This document shows positions 51,155 through 62,640 of a DNA stretch of 64,000 bases, in pieces. The position numbers and the translations under genes were made by a program. The stretch lies in contig CAVTMK010000002.1 of the NCBI GenBank assembly GCA_963735805.1, forward strand, positions 1,280,001 to 1,344,000, in the 5' to 3' direction. This DNA comes from an uncultured Verrucomicrobiae bacterium. GTDB taxonomy: Bacteria; Verrucomicrobiota; Verrucomicrobiia; Chthoniobacterales; UBA10450. Position 1 is the first letter of the stretch; each line of letters begins with the position of its first letter. The notes under the pieces were generated by a model. The model was not told where the DNA came from. It did no database searches and saw nothing but the letters and a program-made list of their open reading frames with translations.

Positions 51155-52030
51155 ATGGCGAACACGCAGGACATACGGCGCCGAATAAAATCGATCCGCA
51201 ATACCTCGCAGATCACCAAAGCAATGCAAATGGTGGCTGCCTCCAAGATGCGCAAAGCCCAGCAGCACGCGCTGGCGGGGCGACCCTACGCTGCCTTGAT
51301 GAATAAGGTTCTCGTTTCGTTGCAAAGAAGGACAGATCCGCGATTTCATCCGCTGCTCGCTGTCCGCCCACTCAAAAAAGAGTTGGTTTTAATTATCAGC
51401 ACAGACAAGGGGCTCTGCGGAGCGTTGAACACAAACCTGTTTCGGGAAGCTGCAAATTTTGATTCGGCTAAAACAGCGTTTGTGGTGACAGGAAAAAAGG
51501 CACGACAATTCATCGCCCGAACAAAGCGCGACCTCCTCGCGGATTTTGAATTGAAAGATTCGCCGAGCTTCCTTGAAGCAAAGCCGATCTCGAAGTTTTG
51601 CATGGAAAAATTTCTGAGGCGCGAGGTCGACAAAGTCTCGGTGATGTACACTCACTTCATTAACACAATCAACCAACGTGCGGTGGTGCAAACACTGCTC
51701 CCGATCAGCAGTTTTGATTTACCGAAGGGGGAAGGCGCCCAGGCCGAAAATCAAGGTCACGATCCAATGATCGGCTACGTGTTTGAACCCAGCGCTGAGG
51801 TCGTACTGGATTCGATGCTTCCGTATTATGTCTCTTATCAGGTTTTTCAGATGATCCTCGACGCTCGCGCGTCTGAGCACAGCGCGCGAATGGTAGCGAT
51901 GAAGAACGCCACCGATAACGCGAATCAATTTATCAAGGACCTTACGTTGGAATACAACAAGATGCGTCAGGCCAGTATTACAACCGAGTTGCTCGAGATC
52001 GCCACAGCGCAAATGGCGCTCGGAGCCTAG
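51155..52030 (+). CDS. atpG: ATP synthase F1 subunit gamma
   Basis: QITKAMQMVAASK, DKGLCG, SEHSARMVAM, RQASITTELLEI. Confidence 0.98.
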   Translation: MANTQDIRRRIKSIRNTSQITKAMQMVAASKMRKAQQHALAGRPYAALMNKVLVSLQRRTDPRFHPLLAVRPLKKELVLIISTDKGLCGALNTNLFREAANFDSAKTAFVVTGKKARQFIARTKRDLLADFELKDSPSFLEAKPISKFCMEKFLRREVDKVSVMYTHFINTINQRAVVQTLLPISSFDLPKGEGAQAENQGHDPMIGYVFEPSAEVVLDSMLPYYVSYQVFQMILDARASEHSARMVAMKNATDNANQFIKDLTLEYNKMRQASITTELLEIATAQMALGA

Positions 52031-53449
<1,419 letters not shown>

Positions 53450-53540
53450 AGCGATGAAGCGATTAAGAGAAAAGCAACAAGGAATCTGTTTGATGGGGGC
53501 CGCTTCAACCATTCAACGTTTCAACGCCTGACGAATTGCC

Positions 53541-53948
53541 ATGGCCACACTCAAGCTCGAGATCGTAACGCCTGAGGAAAAGATCTATTCCGAGGACGTG
53601 GACATGGTCACGTTGCCCGGATCAGAGGGAGAGCTCGGCGTTTATCCGAAACATGTACCCTTGCTCACGACGTTGAAACCCGGTGAGCTACGCGTTGTAA
53701 AAAACGGTCGCGAGACTGCGTTGGCTATCGGCGAGGGTTTTGTAGAAATTAAAGCAGAAGCGGTTTCGGTTTTGACCGACATGGCGCTCGAATCCGAGAA
53801 GATCGACATTGCCGCGGCCGAGGCAGCAGTCGAGCGCGCGAAAGCGGCAATGAAAGAAGATCAAACGCCTGAACAGGTGGCCGCCATTCAGGCCTCGCTG
53901 CAGAAAGCGCTTGCCCAGTTGCATGTCAAACGGCGCCGTCACGGTTAG
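53541..53948 (+). CDS. atpC: ATP synthase F1 subunit epsilon
   Basis: LEIVTPE, PGSEGELGVYPKH. Confidence 0.96.
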   Translation: MATLKLEIVTPEEKIYSEDVDMVTLPGSEGELGVYPKHVPLLTTLKPGELRVVKNGRETALAIGEGFVEIKAEAVSVLTDMALESEKIDIAAAEAAVERAKAAMKEDQTPEQVAAIQASLQKALAQLHVKRRRHG

Positions 53949-54070
53949 CGCCACTCTTGTAGAGGCGCTTGTGTGAAGCGCATGTTTATTTCAAATTCGG
54001 TATCCTCCGCCGCGGACACTGCTGCGTACATTGGAGCTTTGCTGCTTTCAGCGCACTGCTAAAATTAATC

Positions 54071-54880
54071 GTGACCAAGCTAGACACTCTGGGGATCATC
54101 GCCGGCAACGGGATGTATCCACGATTGCTCGCCGATGCGGCGCGAAAAGCCGGCGTAAAAAAAATAATTGCTGCGGCGTTCACTGGCGAGACCGATCCAG
54201 GCCTTACTCAATATGTTGATCTGACCGAGTGGATGCGCGTTGGACAACTGAATCGGTTATTAAAATTTTTTAGCCAACACGAAGTTCACCAGGCAATCAT
54301 GGCGGGACAAATCGCGCCGAAAAATCTTTTCGATCTGCGTCCGGATTTGAAAGCGTTGATGCTGCTGGGCAAACTGAAACAACGCAACGCTGAATCCATC
54401 TTTGCCGCGATTGCAGATGAACTGGGCAAGATCGATGTCGTCCTTTTGCCGGCGACGACTTTTCTGGAGGACTCTCTTGCCTGTGCCGGATTGATTGCCG
54501 GAACAACGCTTAGTCGGGGTGAGGTGGAAGATGTCGATTTGGGCTGGAAAATCGCGAAAGAAATCGCGCGACTCGACATTGGGCAGACCGTCATCGTGAA
54601 GAACGGAACAGTCGTTGCGGTGGAAGCGTTTGAGGGAACGAATGACGCGATCAAACGTGGCGGCGCGCTCGCGCGCGAAGGCGCGGTCATGGTCAAAGTC
54701 GCCAAGCCGAACCAGGACATGCGTTTCGATGTGCCGGTGATCGGTGTTGAAACGATTCGCATCGCTTCCGACGCGAAACTGCGGGTGGTAGCGGTTGAAG
54801 CTGGCAAAACTTTGCTCCTGGAACGCGATGCGATCGCCAAGCTCGCCGATCATTCGAAGATATCGATCGTTGCTCGTTAG
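54071..54880 (+). CDS. lpxI: UDP-2,3-diacylglucosamine diphosphatase LpxI family
   Basis: LGIIAGNG, DIGQTV, AVEAFEGT, KPNQDMRFDVPVIG; GTG start at 54071. Confidence 0.9.
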   Translation: MTKLDTLGIIAGNGMYPRLLADAARKAGVKKIIAAAFTGETDPGLTQYVDLTEWMRVGQLNRLLKFFSQHEVHQAIMAGQIAPKNLFDLRPDLKALMLLGKLKQRNAESIFAAIADELGKIDVVLLPATTFLEDSLACAGLIAGTTLSRGEVEDVDLGWKIAKEIARLDIGQTVIVKNGTVVAVEAFEGTNDAIKRGGALAREGAVMVKVAKPNQDMRFDVPVIGVETIRIASDAKLRVVAVEAGKTLLLERDAIAKLADHSKISIVAR

Positions 54881-55155
54881 TTTGGCTTTCGGTTTTCCAG
54901 TTTGGGACTTGGCACCTCTGCGCTCGAGAAGTGACTCTTTTGCTATAGGACTTTGGTCTTATTGTTGGCCTTAACGCGTAGGATAACCTCAAACGAAGAT
55001 GTCCCGATTCCATGTGTACGGTCATTCTCGAATGAATCGATCGAGCCTCGGCAGAGCGAGGCACGTCCACAAAGCGGAGACCGCTGAGTTTCACTGGTCC
55101 AGTTCGCGGACCATTCAAACTATGCAAGCGCGAACAAGACAAGAAACCAAAACCC

Positions 55156-55449
55156 ATGAACATAATCAGTCTGATCATTGAAGCAGTAAGCGGAGCGGTC
55201 GGTGGCAACATCGCTGGCGCAGCGATGAAAGAGAACAGCCTCGGCACCGCGGGGAACTCCATCGCAGGAATCGTTGGCGGCGGTCTCGGCGGCGTGCTTG
55301 TCCAAAGCATAATGGGCGGCGCAGCGGCTGGCGGTGGCTCGCTGGATCTGAGCACCATACTTAGCAATGTCGCCGGCGGCGGAGTCGGTGGCGCCATTCT
55401 CATGGCTGTCATCGGCCTGATCAGGAACGCGATGGCGAAAAAAAGTTAA
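55156..55449 (+). CDS. Small glycine-rich membrane protein
   Basis: 97 aa of hydrophobic Gly-zipper helices (SGAVGGNIAG, GIVGGGLGG, AGGGVGG). Confidence 0.8.
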   Translation: MNIISLIIEAVSGAVGGNIAGAAMKENSLGTAGNSIAGIVGGGLGGVLVQSIMGGAAAGGGSLDLSTILSNVAGGGVGGAILMAVIGLIRNAMAKKS

Positions 55450-55517
55450 CGATCGCGGGCAATTTCGAGACTGGGACAGGCTCGACTCCTGACAACGTTT
55501 AAACTAGAAGACTTATC

Positions 55518-55928
55518 ATGACACCCACACTACGTACATCAAACGTTGTTATCTTCTTCGCTGCGGTAGCCGGAGCGATTCTATTGGCCGGTTGCGCCAG
55601 CATGGGATCAGCCAACACCACATCCTTGCTCACTGCGGCGGGCTTTCGCGCGCGCACGCCGCAAACGCCAAGACAACAGCAAATGTATGCTGCCCTGCCA
55701 CCTTACCAAGTACAGCGGGCGACAGTGCCAGGAAAAGGGGTCTTTTACGTTTATAAAGACCAGAACGCAGGCCTGGCGTATATCGGCCGTGAAGCAGAGT
55801 ACCAACGTTACCAACAGTTAGCCATCCAGCAGCAGATCGCCCAAAACTATTACACCGCGGCGGAGATGGAACGCGCCGCAGCCTGGCAATGGTACGGGGC
55901 ATGGGGGCCGCGAGCGTTCTGGTGGTAA
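55518..55928 (+). CDS. Hypothetical lipoprotein
   Basis: LLAGC lipobox; LLTAAGF...YVYKD...YIGREAEYQRY; Trp-rich tail. Confidence 0.8.
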   Translation: MTPTLRTSNVVIFFAAVAGAILLAGCASMGSANTTSLLTAAGFRARTPQTPRQQQMYAALPPYQVQRATVPGKGVFYVYKDQNAGLAYIGREAEYQRYQQLAIQQQIAQNYYTAAEMERAAAWQWYGAWGPRAFWW

Positions 55929-56072
55929 AGGGGGAATATTCACAAATAAATCGATCACAACTTTAGAGTAAATTTTCGGTACGGCCTGGCGCCAAACGCT
56001 GCAAACAAATCCGGTGCGATAAATAGGGAACTAAAAGAGTAGTCGCTTAAACTCACCTCCGCGTGTTGTTTT

Positions 56073-56528
56073 ATGAGTACCCAGGGAAAGGCAATCTCGG
56101 TAACGAAACGGCCACCGGAATTCATTCGCAAGAATTTTCCGCGCACCTGGTATCATGCGAGGTGGCGCCTTCTTACGTGGTTTCCGCGCGGTGTGCTTAA
56201 TGAGGCATTCGCAGATCAGGTGATCAAATTCGTCGAAATGGAGGAGCGCATTCAGGAAACTCCATTCGATCGCTACCTGGACTTATCTGGACTCACTTAC
56301 ATCCGGATAGGAATAGATCATATCATCCATACGGCGCGCCGACGCCGCACAGTGAAACAACCGGTCAAGACGGCATTGTTCGCAGACAACCCAATGAGCT
56401 TTGGCGTCGCGCACTCGTACGAATTGCTAATGTGCGACGCGATGATCGAAGTCCGCGCTTTTAAAGAACGCACTGCCGTGGCGGATTGGCTCGAGGTACC
56501 GCTGAAGACACTTGGATGCCCATTGTGA
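56073..56528 (+). CDS. STAS/SpoIIAA-like hypothetical protein (paralog 1)
   Basis: Shares RLLxWxPRG, PFxR.xD, PVKTA and AxWLxVP with the three genes at 59.9-61.3 kb. Confidence 0.7.
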   Translation: MSTQGKAISVTKRPPEFIRKNFPRTWYHARWRLLTWFPRGVLNEAFADQVIKFVEMEERIQETPFDRYLDLSGLTYIRIGIDHIIHTARRRRTVKQPVKTALFADNPMSFGVAHSYELLMCDAMIEVRAFKERTAVADWLEVPLKTLGCPL

Positions 56529-56598
56529 AACGAACCAAAGGTAATTACTAAACCACCCATCAACGATCGGCATCGAATAAAAAAACGAACCCATACTC

Positions 56599-58206
56599 AT
56601 GAAAATAAAACCAATCCTGATTCTACTCACTCTGCTCGCAACCATTCTTGGCTCGCCGACTACCATCCTCGCACAAGCAAAGAAGCCGAACATCCTCGTC
56701 ATAATGGGCGATGACATCGGGTGGTACAACCCGAGCTGCTACAACAGTGGCATCATGGGTTACCGCACTCCTAACATCGATCGCATCGCGGCTGAGGGCG
56801 CGCGGTTTACCGATTGGTATGGGCAGCAGAGCTGCACGGCGGGACGCGCGGCGTTCGTCACCGGACAATCGCCCATCCGCACCGGACTGACGAAAGTCGG
56901 CTTGCCGGGCGCGGATATCGGCCTGCAACCCGAAGATCCGAGTGTCGCCGACTTCATGAAGAACCTCGGCTACGCGACCGGGCAGTTCGGGAAGAACCAT
57001 CTGGGAGACCTAAACAAATTCCTGCCGACGGTGCACGGCTTCGATGAATTCTTCGGCAATCTTTATCATCTAAACGCAGAAGAGGAGCCGGAGAATCCCG
57101 ACTACCCGAAGGATCCTGCGTTTAGGAAGAAATTCGGCCCGCGTGGGGTCATGCACACCTGGGCCACCGACACCGACGACACCACTGTTGATCCGCAGTT
57201 CGGCAAAGTCGGCAAACAGAAGATCGAGAACACCGGCCCGCTCACCATCGAGCGAATGAAAACCATCGACGACGAGTTCACTGATGCCGCCCTGGCATGG
57301 ATGGACAAGCAGGCCAAGGCCAGCAAGCCGTTCTTCTGCTACTACAATTCCACCCGCATGCACGTTTTCACGCACCTCAAGAAAGAGAGCGAAGGCAAGA
57401 CGGGCCTGGGGCTTTATCCCGACGGCATGGTCGAACACGACGGCCACGTCGGCCAGCTTCTCAAAAAGCTCGACGACCTCGGCATCGCCGACAACACAAT
57501 CGTCGTTTACACCACCGACAACGGCGCCGAAGTCTTCACCTGGCCCGATGGCGGCACTACGCCGTTTAAGGGTGAGAAAGCGACTGGATGGGAAGGCGCC
57601 TTCCGGGTGCCGACGCTCATCCGCTGGCCCGGGGTGATCAAACCAGGCGAAGTGATCAACGATGTCTGCGCCCATGAGGATTTGCTTCCCACCTTCGCCG
57701 CCGCTGCGGGCGAGCCCGACCTCGTCGCCAAGGTAATGAAGGGCTATCAGGCCAACGGCAAGACCTTCAAGGTGCACCTCGATGGCTATAACCTCATGCC
57801 GTTCCTGAAGGGCGAGGTGAACGAGTCGCCGCGGAAGGAATTCATCTACTGGTCCGACGACGGCGACCTGATGGCCATCCGCTACGAGAATTGGAAAGCC
57901 GCGTTCTTCGAGCAACACACGGAGATCTCCCCCAAGACGCCGGTCGGCGTGTGGCAGGGTCAGTTCACCAAGCTACGCCTCCCGAACTTGTATAACCTGC
58001 GTAGCGATCCATTCGAGCGCGGCCCGACGAGCATCTACTACGGCGACTGGATGGCTCACCGGGCGTTCATCCAGGTCCCGATGCAGGTGTTCGCCACCAA
58101 GTGGCTGGAGAGCTTCAAAGAGTTCCCTCCGCGCCAGAAACCCGCGAGCTTCAATCTCGACGAAGTGATGCGGAAGATATCGGAGCCAGGCAAGGGGAGC
58201 AACTGA
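56599..58206 (+). CDS. Arylsulfatase (S1 family, Cys-type)
   Basis: Signal peptide, KPNILVIMGDD, SCTAGR formylglycine motif, GKNHLG, TTDNG. Confidence 0.94.
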   Translation: MKIKPILILLTLLATILGSPTTILAQAKKPNILVIMGDDIGWYNPSCYNSGIMGYRTPNIDRIAAEGARFTDWYGQQSCTAGRAAFVTGQSPIRTGLTKVGLPGADIGLQPEDPSVADFMKNLGYATGQFGKNHLGDLNKFLPTVHGFDEFFGNLYHLNAEEEPENPDYPKDPAFRKKFGPRGVMHTWATDTDDTTVDPQFGKVGKQKIENTGPLTIERMKTIDDEFTDAALAWMDKQAKASKPFFCYYNSTRMHVFTHLKKESEGKTGLGLYPDGMVEHDGHVGQLLKKLDDLGIADNTIVVYTTDNGAEVFTWPDGGTTPFKGEKATGWEGAFRVPTLIRWPGVIKPGEVINDVCAHEDLLPTFAAAAGEPDLVAKVMKGYQANGKTFKVHLDGYNLMPFLKGEVNESPRKEFIYWSDDGDLMAIRYENWKAAFFEQHTEISPKTPVGVWQGQFTKLRLPNLYNLRSDPFERGPTSIYYGDWMAHRAFIQVPMQVFATKWLESFKEFPPRQKPASFNLDEVMRKISEPGKGSN

Positions 58207-58396
58207 CGGGCGTGATTCGTCGCAGGCTTGGCTCTGTGCCAGCCCCACAACTAAAGATTTAGAGGAGATTAACGATGAGACCGAAACTCATCCATCGCAC
58301 ATTGGTTTTCGGTCTGTCCGTGTTATCGCGTTGTTCAAGTCCTTCCTCAGTAAAGCTGTCGTTACGGCAGCAGTAATTACAATTGAAAATTAGACC

Positions 58397-59869
58397 ATGA
58401 AACCTACGCTCACGTTTGTTGCCGCGCTTTGCTGCCTGGCGTGCTTGACGGCATCTACAGCGAACCAACCCAACATTATTTTTATCATGGCCGATGATTT
58501 GGGCAACGCCGACATCGGTTACCACGGCGGTGAGGTTAAGACGCCGAACATCGATAAACTGGCGGCAGAAGGCGTCCGCCTGGAATCGTTCTATGGCATG
58601 CCTGTCTGCACTCCGTCACGGGCCTCCTTGATGACAGGCCGTTACGCCATGCGTTACGGTCTTCAGACGCTGGTGATCTTTCCGAGCCACACCTATGGCC
58701 TGCCGACTGACGAGAGGACACTGCCGCAAGCGTTGAAGGAGGCCGGCTACCAGACCTATATGGTTGGCAAATGGCACCTCGGCCACGCGGACAAAAAGTA
58801 TTGGCCGCAAAATCGCGGGTTCGACTATTTCTATGGCAACGTCGTCGGCGAAGTGGACTACTTCACTCGTGAGCGCGGCGGAGTAATTGACTGGCAGCGC
58901 AACGGAAAGTTCCTTAAGGAGAACGGTTACTACACAACGCTCATCGGGGACGATGCAGTGAAGCTGATCAATCAGCAGGATCCCTCCAAGCCGTTCTTTC
59001 TCTACCTTGCCTCGCTTGCGCCGCATGCACCGTTTCAAGCACCGGAGGAATGTCTCAAGCGCTACCCCGACATTCAGGACAAAGAACGCCGCGAATATTG
59101 CGCCATGATCTCGTGCCTGGACGATCAAGTCGGGCGCCTGGTTGAAGCTCTCGACAAGAAAGGCCTACGCAACAACACGCTGATCTTTTTCGCAAGCGAT
59201 AACGGCGGAGCGACCACTGGCATGTTTGCCCAAGGCGCCAAAAGCAACGAAGAACGCGCGCACGAGGAAGGCGGTATCGCGCAGAATGCGAAAGCGCCTG
59301 CTTCCAATGGCCAGTTGCGCGGCGGCAAAGGCAGCTTGTACGAAGGCGGCGTGCGCGTGCCCGCCTTTGCCAACTGGCCAGGGAAACTAAAGCCTGGCGT
59401 GGTCAATGAGCCGGTGCACATGGTGGACATCATGCCGACGCTTCTCGCCCTGGCTGGAGGCAAAGGCAGTCCGGATCATCTTTTCGACGGCAAGGACATC
59501 TGGCCGGTGCTCGCAGAGAGCAAGCCATCGCTACATGATGACATTCTAATCAATGTTGAAGCTTTTCGCGGCGCTATCCGCAAAGGTGACTGGAAGCTCA
59601 TCAAGATTGCTTTGCTTCCTGGTAAGACGGAGCTTTTTAATCTCGCCACGGATCCAGGAGAGAAAACAAACGTCGCCGACCAGCACCCAGACATAGTTGC
59701 CGATCTGGAATCGCGTCTGCTAGCCTATGCTAAACAGCAAAAGCCGAGCATGTGGATCAAGGCTCAGCCCGAGTTTGTCGGTGAACAAGGCAAGACAATC
59801 CTCGATCCGGACTACGACATTGATGACGGCGGCCTACCGCACGAAAAGCCCAACCTGCCAAACCCGTAA
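58397..59869 (+). CDS. Arylsulfatase B-like (S1 family, Cys-type)
   Basis: Signal peptide, PNIIFIMADDLG, CTPSRASLMTGR, GKWHLG, SDNG. Confidence 0.94.
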   Translation: MKPTLTFVAALCCLACLTASTANQPNIIFIMADDLGNADIGYHGGEVKTPNIDKLAAEGVRLESFYGMPVCTPSRASLMTGRYAMRYGLQTLVIFPSHTYGLPTDERTLPQALKEAGYQTYMVGKWHLGHADKKYWPQNRGFDYFYGNVVGEVDYFTRERGGVIDWQRNGKFLKENGYYTTLIGDDAVKLINQQDPSKPFFLYLASLAPHAPFQAPEECLKRYPDIQDKERREYCAMISCLDDQVGRLVEALDKKGLRNNTLIFFASDNGGATTGMFAQGAKSNEERAHEEGGIAQNAKAPASNGQLRGGKGSLYEGGVRVPAFANWPGKLKPGVVNEPVHMVDIMPTLLALAGGKGSPDHLFDGKDIWPVLAESKPSLHDDILINVEAFRGAIRKGDWKLIKIALLPGKTELFNLATDPGEKTNVADQHPDIVADLESRLLAYAKQQKPSMWIKAQPEFVGEQGKTILDPDYDIDDGGLPHEKPNLPNP

Positions 59870-59939
59870 GACTGAAAATCTTGCCATTACTGCAAAGAGA
59901 ACGAGCATGAAAGAGTGAACCAAGAGGATTGGAAGCCAA

Positions 59940-60371
59940 ATGAAACTTCCGCCTGAAATTGAGTTTCACGAAGGCCTTCGCCTGCTCGTTTATCGGCCGC
60001 GCGGTCTGATCGATGAGGCGGCTATCAATAAAATCGTCGCCGTTATTGAAGATCTCGAGGCCGAAACACAAGAGCCTTTCAATCGATTCTCCGATACATC
60101 GGACACCCATGAAGTCGAACTCAACTTCAAGTACGTTATTCGCGTGTCTCTTCATCTGCGTCTTTCTCACCAAGGTCGTGCGCCGGTGAAGTCAGCGATT
60201 CTCGCCACCGACTCAACCCTTGTTCATTATGCACGGTTACTCTCTTTACTGACTCAAGGTTCGCCGATCAAGGTACAGCTATTCCAGGAGCGCAAAGAAG
60301 CCGCACAATGGCTCGGTGTCCCGCTTGGACTGCTGGCGGCGAAGCCACCGACCGCCGACCGTTCTGAATGA
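59940..60371 (+). CDS. STAS/SpoIIAA-like hypothetical protein (paralog 2)
   Basis: MKLPPEIEFHE...PRG...PFNRFSD...KSAILATD...EAAQWLGVP. Confidence 0.78.
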   Translation: MKLPPEIEFHEGLRLLVYRPRGLIDEAAINKIVAVIEDLEAETQEPFNRFSDTSDTHEVELNFKYVIRVSLHLRLSHQGRAPVKSAILATDSTLVHYARLLSLLTQGSPIKVQLFQERKEAAQWLGVPLGLLAAKPPTADRSE

Positions 60372-60389
60372 ATCAATGGGATACACAAC

Positions 60390-60812
60390 ATGAAGCTTCC
60401 ACCCGATGTCGAGTTTCACGAAGACATTCGTCTGATCGTCTGGAGGCCACGCGGTTTGGTAGACAAGTCGGCTGTCAACAAAATCATAACTGTCATTGGA
60501 GAACTCGAGACCAGGTCAAACGAGCCTTTTAATCGGTTCTCCGACACAGTGAGAGCCGATGCAGTTGATCTGAACTTCGAATACATCATTCACGTTTCTC
60601 TCTATCGCCGTTCCTTCTACGGCAAACGCCCACCGATCAAATCGGCGATTCTCGCCACTGATGCGACCCTTATTCATTACGCCAAGGTCCACGCCTTGCT
60701 GACTCAAGGTTCTCCAATCAACGTCCACGTATTCCATGATCGCAAGGAAGCCGCGCACTGGCTAGGTGTGTCAGTCGCGACACTGATGGCGGACGCGGAT
60801 CTGTATCAGTGA
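60390..60812 (+). CDS. STAS/SpoIIAA-like hypothetical protein (paralog 3)
   Basis: MKLPPDVEFHE...PRG...PFNRFSD...KSAILATD...EAAHWLGV. Confidence 0.78.
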   Translation: MKLPPDVEFHEDIRLIVWRPRGLVDKSAVNKIITVIGELETRSNEPFNRFSDTVRADAVDLNFEYIIHVSLYRRSFYGKRPPIKSAILATDATLIHYAKVHALLTQGSPINVHVFHDRKEAAHWLGVSVATLMADADLYQ

Positions 60813-60902
60813 ATGAACGACCAATGAGAGAACGACGTAAAAGCGAAGCCAATCAAACACCATGGACGAGGAGGATTAAGCTGGGAAGGAAACGGTAAAA
60901 TA

Positions 60903-61325
60903 ATGAAGCTGCCTCTACCGCCTGATCTCGAGTTTCACGAAGAGGTTTGTCTGCTGATTCATAGGCCTCGCGGTGTTCTGAACAAGGCGGCTATTAACAA
61001 ACTCATAAGTGTAATCGGAGAACTCGAATTCACCTTGAAGAAACCTTTCAATCGTTTCCTGGACGTGGTCGCAGCCGATTCAGTTCATCTCAATTTGGAA
61101 TACATCCGCCGCGTTTCTGTTTATCGCCGTCGCTTCTACGGCAATCGCCCGGCCATAAAGACGGCGATTCTCGCGACCGATTCTACCGTGGCTGATTATG
61201 GGCGCTTGCATGCCTCACTAACTCAAGATTCGCCGATCAACGTTCGCGTATTCGAGAATCGAAAGGAAGCCGCGCAATGGCTAGGCGTCCCGCTCGAACT
61301 GCTGGCGCAGAAAGATCATTCATGA
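60903..61325 (+). CDS. STAS/SpoIIAA-like hypothetical protein (paralog 4)
   Basis: MKLPLPPDLEFHE...PRG...PFNRFLD...KTAILATD...EAAQWLGVP. Confidence 0.78.
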   Translation: MKLPLPPDLEFHEEVCLLIHRPRGVLNKAAINKLISVIGELEFTLKKPFNRFLDVVAADSVHLNLEYIRRVSVYRRRFYGNRPAIKTAILATDSTVADYGRLHASLTQDSPINVRVFENRKEAAQWLGVPLELLAQKDHS

Positions 61326-61361
61326 TAGTCAACCCACAAATTATCTGATAAACCTGCCGGC

Positions 61362-62036
61362 ATGAACAAATACATCGTGGAATTTATCGGGACCTTTTTC
61401 CTTGTCCTTACCGTAGGATGCACAGGCATCGGCGCTGGCGCAGGCGTGATTGCGCCGCTCGCTATCGGCGCGTCCTTAATGGTGATGGTGTTTGCCGGAG
61501 GCCACATCTCGGGCGGGCATTACAATCCGGCCGTTACGCTCGGCGTCCTGATTCGTGGCAAAGTAAAACCCGCTGATGTTGTGCCTTATTGGATTGCCCA
61601 ATTTGTTGCGGCAGCGGTTGCAGCGTTTCTCGTGATCAAGGTCCTTCGCCTGGGAGCACCCGTCACAGCAATTACACCTAAGATGGGTCCAGCTTTGCTC
61701 GCTGAGTTTCTGTTTACCTTTGCACTTGTTTACGTCGTGTTGAACACCGCGACCGCGGAGGGCACCTCCGGAAATTCATTTTACGGTCTTGCCATTGGTA
61801 TGACTGTCATGACCGGCGCGTTTGCGGTCGGCGACATTTCAGGCGGCGCGTTCAATCCAGCAGTTGCACTTGGAATAACTGTAATGGGTATCTCAAGCTG
61901 GAATAATATTTGGATGTACTTGGTTGCGGACCTAGTGGGTGGCGCTGTGGCAGCCGCAATTTTCCAGCTGGTCAATCCGCCGATGCAAACCACTCCGATC
62001 GCTACAGACGAGCCCCCCTATGAAACGCCCCGATAG
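61362..62036 (+). CDS. Aquaporin / MIP family channel
   Basis: EFIGTF, ISGGHYNPAVT and SGGAFNPAV (two NPA motifs). Confidence 0.95.
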   Translation: MNKYIVEFIGTFFLVLTVGCTGIGAGAGVIAPLAIGASLMVMVFAGGHISGGHYNPAVTLGVLIRGKVKPADVVPYWIAQFVAAAVAAFLVIKVLRLGAPVTAITPKMGPALLAEFLFTFALVYVVLNTATAEGTSGNSFYGLAIGMTVMTGAFAVGDISGGAFNPAVALGITVMGISSWNNIWMYLVADLVGGAVAAAIFQLVNPPMQTTPIATDEPPYETPR

Positions 62037-62103
62037 TGTTCATACATCAACTTTGAACAACTTTTTCTTCTGCACAGTTCACAAATCAACCTCAAAGCAA
62101 AAT

Positions 62104-62556
62104 ATGATACAAAACAAATTCATTCTAATCGTCGTTACCTGCTGCGCTTGCATTTCAGCGGCATCTTTGAATGCAGCCACGATTCCCGCCGGAACAACGC
62201 TGACAGTAAGTACAGTTAGTCTCATCAGCTCACAGACCGTCCCGGGAAGAAGCTTCGAAGCAAAGATTGCCCAGGACGTTTCGGTTAAGGGAAATGTTGT
62301 GTTGAAAGCTGGAACCAAAGTGTTTGGAAAGGTCACGGCTTCTCGTGCCAATCCTAGCAAATCGGGGCCACTCACCGTGGCACTGGACTCGATTGATCTA
62401 AATGGACGCAGGATCCCGGTAAAGACGAACAGCATTCAACCGGGAGGCCCTCCACAGACAGCGCGACAGGCACAATACGGACACACCGCTGGAACAACGG
62501 TGGTTAACCCGAAAACCACGCTGCAGTTCCAGCTGTCAGCACCACTCAACCTGTAA
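62104..62556 (+). CDS. Secreted beta-rich hypothetical protein (TrbI/VirB10-like pattern)
   Basis: Signal peptide, then IPAGTTLTV...ISS...KAGTKVFGKV...LTVALDSI. Confidence 0.65.
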   Translation: MIQNKFILIVVTCCACISAASLNAATIPAGTTLTVSTVSLISSQTVPGRSFEAKIAQDVSVKGNVVLKAGTKVFGKVTASRANPSKSGPLTVALDSIDLNGRRIPVKTNSIQPGGPPQTARQAQYGHTAGTTVVNPKTTLQFQLSAPLNL

Positions 62557-62640
62557 GTGAGCCGAACAACGGCACTGCAAACAATCAATCGCGCCATTGG
62601 ATCTTTTCTAGCCTGATGCCTGGCTTCATAAAATGATTCT

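Noticed and set aside
57070..57918. 282-aa antisense ORF, and similar long shadow ORFs such as 11936-12769, 38301-39092 and 31987-32757
   Set aside because: They lie opposite well-supported genes, have no recognisable motifs, and are expected from GC-rich codon bias.
62104..62556. Type IV secretion or conjugation system suggested by the TrbI-like protein
   Set aside because: No other T4SS genes are nearby and the resemblance is only a short pattern.
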